Assembly (NCBI GenBank): GCA_031547085.1
Contig: JAVBSH010000085.1
Location: forward strand, 21,579-85,578
Direction: 5' to 3'
DNA: 64,000 nucleotides
From: Bacteroidales bacterium
GTDB lineage: Bacteria; Bacteroidota; Bacteroidia; Bacteroidales; UBA4181
How positions within the stretch are numbered: position 1 is the stretch's first letter; each line of letters starts with the position of its first letter. Position numbers and translations under genes: made by a program. The notes beneath the pieces were generated by a model. The model was not told where the DNA came from. It did not search any database and saw only the letters and a list, made by a program, of their open reading frames with translations. Of this stretch, positions 37,927-47,831 are shown in pieces.

Positions 37927-38547
37927 ATGAATGTAACAATAACAATTAAGAAAATCATGCCGCTGCTGCTGGCTGTCCTTGCCGGAATATCCTTCCCCCG
38001 GCAGGCTCAAGCGCAACATCAGGACGGCCGGGCAGGGCTTCCGGCCATCGCCGTCAAAACCAACCTGCTTTACGACGCCACCACCACATTGAACCTGGGG
38101 GCGGAATTCCGGCTGGGGCGCAGGCTGACCCTTGATATTCCGGTTAACTACAACCCGTGGACATTCGACAATAACAAAAAGTTAAAGCACGTCCTTGTGC
38201 AACCCGAAGTACGCTGGTGGACGTGTGAAGCCTTCAACGGCCATTTCATCGGGCTGCATGGACATTACGCTTATTATAACATAGGCGGACTGGATAATCC
38301 ACCGTTTTCCGAATATATGAACACCCACCGCTTCGAAGGCTGGCTGGCGGGCGCCGGGGTATCCTACGGTTATCACTGGATGTTGGGCAAACACTGGTCG
38401 CTCGAAGCCACATTGGGAATCGGCTACGCCTATATGGATTACGACAAATACCCTTGCGAAAAATGTGGGGAGAAGCTGGGGAGCGAAACCAAAAACTATT
38501 TCGGCCCCACCAAAGCCGGAATCAGTTTGATTTACATGATTAAATAA
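37927..38547 (+). CDS. DUF3575 outer-membrane protein
   Basis: AVKTNLLYDA..NLGAEF, QPEVRWW, GVSYGY, YFGPTKAGISL. Confidence 0.9.
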   Translation: MNVTITIKKIMPLLLAVLAGISFPRQAQAQHQDGRAGLPAIAVKTNLLYDATTTLNLGAEFRLGRRLTLDIPVNYNPWTFDNNKKLKHVLVQPEVRWWTCEAFNGHFIGLHGHYAYYNIGGLDNPPFSEYMNTHRFEGWLAGAGVSYGYHWMLGKHWSLEATLGIGYAYMDYDKYPCEKCGEKLGSETKNYFGPTKAGISLIYMIK

Positions 38548-38560
38548 AAGAAACAGGAAT

Positions 38561-40015
38561 ATGAAACTATTGATCAAAAAGATAATCATCGGTCTGGTAG
38601 CCACCTTCCTCTTCGTACACCTGTGTTCGGCCACTCCGGGAGCGGGTAACAGGGTGCATGTGAGGCAGGATGTATTTGCTCTCGTTGGTGATTCGGTATA
38701 TATTGAAATGGAAATCGGGCTGAACGATGCCGATGTGGACTCCCGGTCGTATGTGCTGCTTACTCCCGTCCTGCGGGCTGGTGGTACGGAAAAGGAATTG
38801 CCCGCCATACAGATCAACGGGCGCAACCAGCACAAAGCCTACAAACGGCTGGTATCGCTGGGCAAGGAGAACAAGGCGGTCACCACCTTTATCAACGCTT
38901 CCGATAAGAAAGCCCCTCAAACCTATGTATATAAAACGTCCCTACCGTTTGAGGCGTGGATGGAAACAGCGGAGTTCCTGTTACGCGAAGACCAGTGCGA
39001 ATGTTCGGGGACGTTGGTTCCCATGTCCTTTGAACTGCTGGCTAAAAACCTGGACAACCGGAACACCCCGTACGAACCGGTTCTGGCGGTCACGTTCATT
39101 ACCCCCGAAGTGGAAACGATCAAGAACCGCTGCGAAACCGGCAAAGCCTACCTGGATTATCCGGTGGGTGTGTCGGCTATCCGGCCTGAGTTCCGGAACA
39201 ATGCCGTCGAATTGCAGAGGATATACGATTTGATTGAAAACCTGAAAAGCAATACCGATGCCACCATTACCGGCATCTCCATTACCGGTTACGCTTCACC
39301 CGAAGGTATTTATAATTCCAACCTGGCGCTTTCAGGCAACCGAGCCCTTGCCCTGACCAACCATCTGCAAAAGAAGTACGGTTTTCAGAATGACCTGTTC
39401 CAAACCAAAGGACAGGGGGAGGATTGGCAGACATTGGATTCGCTGGTGGAACTCTCGGAAATAAAAGATAAACAGCAAATCCTTTCTATAATCCGTGGAA
39501 CGGGAGTCTTCGACGGACGGGAGAAAAAACTCATGGAGCTTTCCGGTGGATCCCCTTACCGTGAAATGTTCAAAGAGATGTTCCCACAACTTCGCCGGAG
39601 CGACTACGAGTTAAGTTATACCGTGGTTCCCTTTACGGTTGAACAGGGAAAAGAGGTTATCAAAACCCGTCCGTCGAGCCTCTCGCTCAATGAAATGTTC
39701 CTGATAGCGAATACCTACGAATCCGGTTCGGATGCTTTCAACGAAGTGTTTGAAACCGCCGCGCGGATATTCCCGCAGGACAATGTGGCGAACCTGAACG
39801 CTGCCGCCAGCGCATTGGACAGGAAAGATATAAAATCGGCTGAAAAGTATCTGAATAAGATTGCCGTAAGGGATGCCGCCTACTGGAACAATGCGGGCGT
39901 ACTCGCCGCCTTGAAAAATGAATATGGGAAGGCCGCGGAGTATTTCGCCAAAGCCAAAGCCGCAGGCAATGCGCAGGCAGCAGGTAATATGGGTGAAATA
40001 GAAAAAACAGACTAA
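38561..40015 (+). CDS. DUF3868/OmpA-like/TPR protein of pilus loci
   Basis: VLLTPVL, ITGYASPEG..N..LS..RA, GEDW, LSLNEMFLIA, ANLNAA. Confidence 0.88.
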   Translation: MKLLIKKIIIGLVATFLFVHLCSATPGAGNRVHVRQDVFALVGDSVYIEMEIGLNDADVDSRSYVLLTPVLRAGGTEKELPAIQINGRNQHKAYKRLVSLGKENKAVTTFINASDKKAPQTYVYKTSLPFEAWMETAEFLLREDQCECSGTLVPMSFELLAKNLDNRNTPYEPVLAVTFITPEVETIKNRCETGKAYLDYPVGVSAIRPEFRNNAVELQRIYDLIENLKSNTDATITGISITGYASPEGIYNSNLALSGNRALALTNHLQKKYGFQNDLFQTKGQGEDWQTLDSLVELSEIKDKQQILSIIRGTGVFDGREKKLMELSGGSPYREMFKEMFPQLRRSDYELSYTVVPFTVEQGKEVIKTRPSSLSLNEMFLIANTYESGSDAFNEVFETAARIFPQDNVANLNAAASALDRKDIKSAEKYLNKIAVRDAAYWNNAGVLAALKNEYGKAAEYFAKAKAAGNAQAAGNMGEIEKTD

Positions 40016-40082
40016 ACCGGAATAGCAAAGAATTGGCAAATCAATAATAACCAGTTTATTAATTATTTAAATTTTAAAAGAA

Positions 40083-41579
40083 ATGAGAAAAGTTTTTTTT
40101 TCAATGACGCTCGCAGCGGCAATCCTGATGATGGGTTTCACAAGCTGCAACAATGATGACAATCCAGCCGATGGAGGAGAAAAGGCAATCCCCGGCAAGG
40201 ATACGTACATGCAGGTTAGCATCAGCCAGCCTAACGCTCCGGGAACGTATGCAAACGATCCAAACTCAACTACGGACGAATCCCATTTCTCTACTGTGGA
40301 TATATTTGTTTATGACGAAACAGTCAAGGCATTGGAAGCCCACCAACGATTGATGGGCACAGATTTCGATTATAATGCCGGAGCAGGTACGGGTGTGGAA
40401 AAATGGGAAGCGAAATCTACGACCAAGGTTGCCTGTAAGACCGGAACGAAAAAGATTCTGGCGGCATTGAATATCTCTGAAGATCGTGGAAAAGCCATTG
40501 CCGCCAAGGGCTATAACATTTTCACATTGGATGCTGCAACCGGCACCTTTACCGAAACCTTGTTTGATGTAACCAATTATGGTACAACTGATAATGCATT
40601 GGTGGATTTTCCTACGGCGCCACCTGCTACCGGTCGTGGTATCTCCATGTTCAGTGTAGGGCCCATTGCGGCAACCCTGGTAAGTGATGCATCCCAGAAT
40701 ACGGTGACAATCCCCGTGCAACGTTTGGTCTCTAAAGTAACCATGCAGAAAGGCAATCAAATGAATGTGGAAACCGGAGGAGGAAAGATTGTGGGTGATC
40801 TGGAATTTGCCTTGGCGACTACCAACCTAAAAACTTATCTGATGCGCAATTGGAATCCTTCCGGCTCCGGAGCGGTAAAAGACCATAACTGGACGGACAA
40901 CAGTTGGGCTACTACTGATTTTTTTGCTGCTTCTCCCAGTACCACAGCACCGCTTATAACTGAATATAAAACAGTCAATGAATCTGGTGCAGTTCTGGCA
41001 GACCTCAACGCCCGCTATTGTCCGGAAAATACTTCGGAAAAGTTCTATCAGAAAGAAGTGACAACGGCTGTGGTCCGCTGTAAATACATCCCAGGTACAT
41101 ATAAAGAATCGGATGGAGCCGGAGGTTATAACGACGTAGATAATACTGCCGCAACTGATGCTGTAACTTTCTATACGGTTTCCTTGCCGGATGGAACAAA
41201 ACAATACTTTATGGATCCTGCTGTGGCTGATAGCTATATATCAGCGAATGGTGGTCAAAGATTTGATTATGACCAAGGTTACTGCTATTACCGCGTTTAC
41301 CTGAACCCCAAAGGGACAGCAAAAAGAATAGAACTTAATACAACCGGCACTGAACTGGAAACCACTCCCGCTTCTGCTGCGGGAACAGTAGGGGCGTACG
41401 ATGTGATCCGAAATGCTTACTATAAGGTGAATATCACTAAGATAGTAGCGCCGGGTAATCCTACACCGGAACCGAGGAATCCCGATCTGCCTGTTGAAAC
41501 CCCGACTGATATCATAGCCACCATTGATATCGTACACTGGGATGTGGTAGGACAGGATGAAGAACTGACACCGATGTAA
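40083..41579 (+). CDS. Mfa1-type major type V pilin
   Basis: Lipobox FTSC; V.IPVQRLVSKV, YCPENT, CYYRV, VIRNAYYKVNITKI..PG.P.P, I.IVHW. Confidence 0.88.
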   Translation: MRKVFFSMTLAAAILMMGFTSCNNDDNPADGGEKAIPGKDTYMQVSISQPNAPGTYANDPNSTTDESHFSTVDIFVYDETVKALEAHQRLMGTDFDYNAGAGTGVEKWEAKSTTKVACKTGTKKILAALNISEDRGKAIAAKGYNIFTLDAATGTFTETLFDVTNYGTTDNALVDFPTAPPATGRGISMFSVGPIAATLVSDASQNTVTIPVQRLVSKVTMQKGNQMNVETGGGKIVGDLEFALATTNLKTYLMRNWNPSGSGAVKDHNWTDNSWATTDFFAASPSTTAPLITEYKTVNESGAVLADLNARYCPENTSEKFYQKEVTTAVVRCKYIPGTYKESDGAGGYNDVDNTAATDAVTFYTVSLPDGTKQYFMDPAVADSYISANGGQRFDYDQGYCYYRVYLNPKGTAKRIELNTTGTELETTPASAAGTVGAYDVIRNAYYKVNITKIVAPGNPTPEPRNPDLPVETPTDIIATIDIVHWDVVGQDEELTPM

Positions 41580-41717
41580 TGGAATCTGTTTTTCTATTCA
41601 TATAAACTTTAGTATGAAAACAACAACAGGGGAAATGGTGAGTGTTCCTTTCTTTACGGAAGACCGCCTCCCTTTCCCCCTGTTCTTAAAAAACAACCGG
41701 TAATAAAGATTCTGAAA

Positions 41718-42641
41718 ATGAAATATATCCATATTATATCATCTATCCTTGCCACACTTGTTTGCCTGGCAGGTCTTACTGCCTGCATCAAAGAAGACAT
41801 GGAGGATTGCCCTGAAGATTTAAGGATCTACCTGACGTTCACTCCGGCCACGTACGCGCGCACAGGGGTTGACCCGAAGGAAGTGGACAGGATCAGCCTG
41901 TTTGCCTTCGACGTACAGGGGATATTCCGCGGAGTATGGATAGATGAGAATCCTGCACTTGCCCCCGGTTATTACATGACCATCCCCAGGCTGCCCGCAG
42001 GCGATTATCGTTTCGTGGTATGGGGAGGACTGCACGAATGTTATTCCACCCTGCCTGCCACATTCAAAGTAGGCGAAACCTTATATAAAGATGCCCTGTT
42101 AGAACTTGACATTACTTCCGGAGAAATCAGCAAACTACTCCACCCGCTGTTCCATGCCCAAAAGACGGAATATATCCGTGAGGATGTCCGCCAGCAACAT
42201 ATAGATATGCCCATCGTACAGGCATACAATACCATTAACCTCACCACCGAGGGGCTTGCGCCCACAAGTGATGAATTCCGTATGTCCGTCACGGACAACA
42301 ACGGTAAATATACCTTCGATTATTCTTTCGCTCCCTGCAGCGAATTCATATATTCCGCCCTGTGTACTAAAGACGCAGGAGGGCAGCTCCGGTCTTCTCT
42401 CAACATTCTTAAACTGGCCGCCGACAGGCACCCGCAGTTCGGGATTTACAACGTGACCCAACAAAAAACGCTCTACAAGGCCGACCTTGTTGACCTGCTC
42501 AATAAAATGGAAGATGTCGACTATGACAACATCCACACCTACGATGTACATATCACGTTTACAACCGATGGTACCGACCTGTACGCTTCGGTCAGCATCA
42601 ATGGCTGGGAGGTAACCGAAGAAACCGAAATACTGTATTAA
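41718..42641 (+). CDS. FimB/Mfa2 anchor pilin
   Basis: TACIKEDMEDCP, LFAFD..G.F, G.Y.FVVWG, SINGW. Confidence 0.88.
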   Translation: MKYIHIISSILATLVCLAGLTACIKEDMEDCPEDLRIYLTFTPATYARTGVDPKEVDRISLFAFDVQGIFRGVWIDENPALAPGYYMTIPRLPAGDYRFVVWGGLHECYSTLPATFKVGETLYKDALLELDITSGEISKLLHPLFHAQKTEYIREDVRQQHIDMPIVQAYNTINLTTEGLAPTSDEFRMSVTDNNGKYTFDYSFAPCSEFIYSALCTKDAGGQLRSSLNILKLAADRHPQFGIYNVTQQKTLYKADLVDLLNKMEDVDYDNIHTYDVHITFTTDGTDLYASVSINGWEVTEETEILY

Positions 42642-42691
42642 CTGGTGTTTCCAAAGGCATTACAACGGATGGCATTACTAAAAAACAAATT

Positions 42692-44572
42692 ATGGGAATA
42701 GTCAGGATAAAAACCCTTCTCTATATGGCGCTTTTCATAGCGGTAAGCTCAGCCTGCACCGATGAACGCATGGATGGAGAGATACCGGACAAGATAACCG
42801 GAAAGGAAGTCAATGTCAAGGTATTACTCCAGATGCCGGCGTCTACTCCTCCCAAAACATACGCTATCTCGGAAATCGACGAGAATTATATCGAAACGAT
42901 TGATGTGCTGGTATTCAAGCCTGATGAAAGCAACCCTACGAAATGGGGTTACGCTTACCGCGCCGAAGGTACCTCCATAGCCGACCGGACAGACAGCGAT
43001 CCAAGGAAATCAAAAAAACAGTTCAATGTAGAATTAAAAAGGGATAACGACAACGAGCAATGCCTGGTCATACTGGCCAACGCACATCAAGAAGTAGAAA
43101 ATTCAAGCGAGTTGATCGAAGGAAGGGACAAGGACGAACTGCTCGCCTGTCTGGAGTTTGATAATGGCGGAGTGACATGGAATGCCAACAACAACCTGCC
43201 CGAAGATGACCTGAACAAAACCTTTACCCCTTTCCCCATGTGGGGCGAAGTGACTCTCATTGTCGATGACTCCATACAAACCATTCCCAACGTGAACCTG
43301 CTCCGCGCGATAGCCCGCATGGATGTAGCGGTGGCTGACGGGGTTGGTTTTAAACTCAAGGAGATTAATATCTATAACAGCCTGTCGAAAGGGAAACTAG
43401 TTCCGGCAACGGCCAATCTTGACGGAAGCAACCCGAGAGTAATTATGGCGACAATTCCCGATGATAACGATATTAGTATCACATCGCAGTATTCAGTGCC
43501 GCAAAGTATGGAGACGGCATTCCTGCGGAGCATGTATGTACTGGAGACCAAAGCTGCGGCCACTGATAAGCCAGAGGAAGCCACCTGCATAATCGTGGGT
43601 GGAAGCTACGGTGCGGATACTGGCGTTACTTATTACCGCCTGGATTTCTTTAAGAAAGACGCTGACAACAACTTTACGAAAGATTATGCGGATATCCTGC
43701 GCAACCACCGTTACCGGGTAAATATTACCAAGGTTTCAGGCAGAGGGTATGCTTCTGCCGATGAGGCCTTCAATTCAAAACCCATGAATACGATCGATTA
43801 CGAAATCACGCGATGGAATGACAGCGACATGATGGACGTGGTATTCGACAACAATTATATGCTGGCCGTGGGGCCGGGCGAATTTACTTTTCCAAAAGAC
43901 GGAGCATCCGGAAACGGGGAGCAGAACCAGTTGCATATACAAACAGACTATCCCGGCAGGTGGAAAGCGGAAATAGTGGATGCGGACTATGGAACACCTC
44001 TTGCAGATGAGTGGGTGAAATTTGGTTCGCCCGACGACTACTCGGGAGATGCGAATACAAAGGCGACACGCCAACTCATCGTTTCACAGAATAACGGAAG
44101 CGGCGACCGGAGCGCTAAGATTGTGATTACGGCCGGGAAACTGCGTTATGAGGTGATCGTCAAGCAGACTACAGTCGCAGTCGCAATCCCTACTATAAGT
44201 CTACAGATTATAGATAATGCAACTGGGGCGGAAATCACCGAGTTGTCATTTGCTTCCGCCAAAGACATCCTTCCTGCGTCCCGGGTAATTAAATTCATCC
44301 GGACTCCTGAAACAGCCGAAATATTGGTTATGGTATCATCATTAGGGAGTACACCGCTTTTCAAGTTTAAAGATCCTATGTATGGAATTTCTACCGGCAC
44401 CATACCGGGTGGCCCGGGAGAGATGTTCTATAACATTGAACCCGCCGCTTTCACCAATGAGGACTTTGTGGGCAATCCCTCTCCAAAACGGATGAGCAAA
44501 GCGGATTTCAGAATAACAAATGGAACGGAAACCATTACAAAAACTCTCTACTTGAAACATATATCCAATTGA
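42692..44572 (+). CDS. minor/tip pilin paralog 1 (lacks the C-terminal adhesin domain)
   Basis: Lipobox SAC; FPMWGE, LLRAIARMDV, YYRLDF, ILRNHRYRVNI; BACON-like segment. Confidence 0.8.
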   Translation: MGIVRIKTLLYMALFIAVSSACTDERMDGEIPDKITGKEVNVKVLLQMPASTPPKTYAISEIDENYIETIDVLVFKPDESNPTKWGYAYRAEGTSIADRTDSDPRKSKKQFNVELKRDNDNEQCLVILANAHQEVENSSELIEGRDKDELLACLEFDNGGVTWNANNNLPEDDLNKTFTPFPMWGEVTLIVDDSIQTIPNVNLLRAIARMDVAVADGVGFKLKEINIYNSLSKGKLVPATANLDGSNPRVIMATIPDDNDISITSQYSVPQSMETAFLRSMYVLETKAAATDKPEEATCIIVGGSYGADTGVTYYRLDFFKKDADNNFTKDYADILRNHRYRVNITKVSGRGYASADEAFNSKPMNTIDYEITRWNDSDMMDVVFDNNYMLAVGPGEFTFPKDGASGNGEQNQLHIQTDYPGRWKAEIVDADYGTPLADEWVKFGSPDDYSGDANTKATRQLIVSQNNGSGDRSAKIVITAGKLRYEVIVKQTTVAVAIPTISLQIIDNATGAEITELSFASAKDILPASRVIKFIRTPETAEILVMVSSLGSTPLFKFKDPMYGISTGTIPGGPGEMFYNIEPAAFTNEDFVGNPSPKRMSKADFRITNGTETITKTLYLKHISN

Positions 44573-44630
44573 TAGGGACAGGGGATGCATATCCGTTGTG
44601 TAAAAGAATAGTTGATAACAAAAAACATAG

Positions 44631-47600
44631 ATGAATATAAGATATCTGAAATATTACCGGTTCATTTTTCTGTCCATCATCTTATTACCCGCTTGTACGG
44701 ATGAAGGTGATCTGGGGAAGGAAAGCGAAGAGATGGCAGATAAACAAGTACGTGTGAAAATGTGCCTGCAACTGCCGTCTTCGTCTCCCCGGACTTACGC
44801 CATCTCCGAGATAGACGAAAACCATATTGAAACGATCGACGTACTGGCTTTCCGTAAAGTTCCGGCAGATACGCAACACCCTTCGGGCTGGGCTTTCGCC
44901 TACCGGGCAACCGGAACCGCTATCACCGACCGGACAGACAACGACTCACGGAAATCCCAAAAGCAATTCACCGTAACGCTGACCCGGGACAACGATAATG
45001 AGCAATGCCTCGTTGTGTTGGCTAATGTGCGATCACAACTAAATGATTTGGGAGAAATTACCGTTGGACAAGACAAGGATGAACTACTCGCCACTTTGGA
45101 GTACGCTGACTCGTATGCCTGGAATGCCAACAACGGAAAATCCGACAATGATCCGGACAAAACATTTAACCCTTTTCCTATGTGGGGTGAAGTGACCCTC
45201 ACCGTCGATGATATCATAAAAACCATTCCCGGAATAAATATGCTCCGCGCAGTAGCTCGCATGGATGTGGCGCTGGCAGATCATGTTACAAATTTCACTC
45301 TCAAGGAGGTGCATATATACAACTGCCAGTGGGTAGGAAGAATAGTTCCTGCGCCCGGGAACCTTGAAGATGGCGGATTGAGAGTGAATGCGGCAAGTAT
45401 GCCGGTAACTCCCGGTGACTATACTGTTAATTGGAATTATACTGTTCCGACAGGCATGGAAAGGGTGTTCGAGCGAAGCATTTATGTGATGGAAACCAAA
45501 GCCGCAGCGACAGACGAACCCCAAAATGCCACCTGCCTGATAGTAGGCGGAACCTATGGGACTGACAATGCCATCACTTATTACCGCGTGGATTTCTTTA
45601 AGAAAGATGACCAGGATAATTATACCGGCGAATATGCGGATATTCTGCGAAATCACCGTTACCGGCTAAACATTACCAACGTGTCGGACAGAGGATATTC
45701 TAATGCCGGAGAGGCATTTGCCTCGAAGCCTGTCAACTCGATAGATTATGAAATTGCGCGGTGGGACAACAGTTATATGATAGACGTGGTATTCGACGCC
45801 CAATACATGCTGGCCGTAGGCCCGGGTGAATTTACTTTTTCCAAAGACAGTGTAACCGAAGAGGGCGAACAGAACCGGTTGTATATACAGACAGACCATC
45901 CCGATGGGTGGAAAACGGAAATAGTGGATGCGGACTATGAAACACCTCTTGCAGATGAGTGGGTGAAATTTGGTTCGCCCGACAACTACCTGGGAGATGC
46001 AAATGAAGAGGCGATACGCCACCTCATCGTTTCACAGAATAACACGGGAGGCGACCGGAGTGCTAAAATTGTGATTACGGCGGGGAGACTGCGTTATGAA
46101 GTGCTTGTCAGGCAAACTACAGACGTGCCTATTTCGCTTAATCTTATTAATAATGATACAGGCGGGGAGATCACTGAACTATTGTTTTCCTCGCCCAAAG
46201 ACAAGCATCCCCAGCCTCGGATTTTTACAGTCGAATGGACTCCGGTGGATGCCAATCCGACGGTGATGGTAAGCCCGATGGGTTCAATCCCCGCTTTTGT
46301 CTTTTGCTCTTATGGACCCGTCATCAGTACGGGGAAAATTACGGGAGGAGGATACGGTTATGAATCGGTTATGGCCTGGCCCGAAGCCTTTTATGACGCG
46401 GACTTTGTAGATAATCCTTTCCCTGAGCGGATGAGTAAAGTGGATTACAGAGTTTCAAACGAAGTGGAAACCCTTACAAAAACACTATACCTGAAGCATA
46501 TTGCATACAATCTGATACACCAGGAAGCAGAGTCCTATGGCATAGACGGAGGGATACATTCCTTCACCGTGAAATCCAGTTATCCGTGGAGAGCGGAAAT
46601 CATCCAGGGAAGCGATGTGATTACAGAACTGCTGACCACTACCGGCGATGCCAATACCACTACCGGTATCCAGGTAAAGTTCCGCACAACAGATAATGCC
46701 GGTATACCGCAGGGTACGGCGCGGATTAAATTCACCTGCCTGCTTGACGGAAGCGTAACCGAAACGGTGGAGTTGAGGTGCACCTCAACCCAAAAACTGG
46801 AAGAATCGAACTGTTATATGCTGCCACCCGGCGGAGCGCCCGTGATGATTCCCGTGAGCCGCGCCAACGCCGGTGGAATAACCCGGATAGGAGAAAATGA
46901 CACGTTTACAGCGGAGTTGCTTTGGACAGACCATCAGGGTGGGATAAAGGAACTCTCGGGAAAGCCGGCGGCAGCCATCGACCGGATCGCTGTTTCCGGG
47001 GAAGGTTCCGGCGCATATATCCTCATAGCTCCGGGAGCGGAAGAGGGCAATGCCGTCATTGCGGTCAAGGTGAACAACGAAATCAGATGGAGCTGGCACA
47101 TCTGGGTAACAGCTTACGATGGCGCTACGTCGTATGCCAATAACGGTTACACGTTGATGGATCGCCACCTGGGAGCGCTCACCGGTTATGCGACTGCTGA
47201 CATGCAGGAGCTGGACTATTCGAAGACAGGGCTCCTGTACCAATGGGGACGGAAAGACCCGACTCCCACCGGAAAGGATGCTTATGAGAATGGAGAAGTT
47301 GTCCTTTATGATTCCATCGGTAGCGGGTCAGATAAAAGGATTCTGATAGCTTATAATTCGACCAATGTCAACAACCTGAATGAATCCGTTGCCAACCCGA
47401 CAACGGTATATTACAGCAGTGGTTGGTCAAATAACCCCAACGATTGGTACACCATGAGCGGCACCGGAGGAAACAATAACCTCTGGAATGCCGGCGGGGC
47501 GAAAACGGAATACGATCCCTGCCCCAAAGGCTGGAGGGTACCACAGACCTACGCATGGAATGGTATACCCTATGGAAGTACTGTTCAAAATGGTAAAACC

Positions 47601-47807
47601 TGGGCTGGCTGGGGATATTATCCCTTTTCGGGATACCGCAATTCCAACTATACAAATACCCTTCCTTTTTCTGTGGGTTACGAAGGGTATATCTGGACAG
47701 CGGCAGCCTCCGGCAATCAGTCCGTATGCTTGGATTTTACGTATTCCCCAACCACGAAAAACAGTTTCCGTCAACTCGCCCTGCCGGTGCGATGCACTAG
47801 GGAATAA
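44631..47807 (+). CDS. minor/tip pilin paralog 2 with C-terminal lectin-like domain
   Basis: Same N-terminal motifs plus SNCY, WSWHIW, GLLYQWGRKDP, DPCPKGWRVP, PVRC. Confidence 0.85.
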   Translation: MNIRYLKYYRFIFLSIILLPACTDEGDLGKESEEMADKQVRVKMCLQLPSSSPRTYAISEIDENHIETIDVLAFRKVPADTQHPSGWAFAYRATGTAITDRTDNDSRKSQKQFTVTLTRDNDNEQCLVVLANVRSQLNDLGEITVGQDKDELLATLEYADSYAWNANNGKSDNDPDKTFNPFPMWGEVTLTVDDIIKTIPGINMLRAVARMDVALADHVTNFTLKEVHIYNCQWVGRIVPAPGNLEDGGLRVNAASMPVTPGDYTVNWNYTVPTGMERVFERSIYVMETKAAATDEPQNATCLIVGGTYGTDNAITYYRVDFFKKDDQDNYTGEYADILRNHRYRLNITNVSDRGYSNAGEAFASKPVNSIDYEIARWDNSYMIDVVFDAQYMLAVGPGEFTFSKDSVTEEGEQNRLYIQTDHPDGWKTEIVDADYETPLADEWVKFGSPDNYLGDANEEAIRHLIVSQNNTGGDRSAKIVITAGRLRYEVLVRQTTDVPISLNLINNDTGGEITELLFSSPKDKHPQPRIFTVEWTPVDANPTVMVSPMGSIPAFVFCSYGPVISTGKITGGGYGYESVMAWPEAFYDADFVDNPFPERMSKVDYRVSNEVETLTKTLYLKHIAYNLIHQEAESYGIDGGIHSFTVKSSYPWRAEIIQGSDVITELLTTTGDANTTTGIQVKFRTTDNAGIPQGTARIKFTCLLDGSVTETVELRCTSTQKLEESNCYMLPPGGAPVMIPVSRANAGGITRIGENDTFTAELLWTDHQGGIKELSGKPAAAIDRIAVSGEGSGAYILIAPGAEEGNAVIAVKVNNEIRWSWHIWVTAYDGATSYANNGYTLMDRHLGALTGYATADMQELDYSKTGLLYQWGRKDPTPTGKDAYENGEVVLYDSIGSGSDKRILIAYNSTNVNNLNESVANPTTVYYSSGWSNNPNDWYTMSGTGGNNNLWNAGGAKTEYDPCPKGWRVPQTYAWNGIPYGSTVQNGKTWAGWGYYPFSGYRNSNYTNTLPFSVGYEGYIWTAAASGNQSVCLDFTYSPTTKNSFRQLALPVRCTRE

Positions 47808-47831
47808 ATATTAAAATGATAATATAAAGAT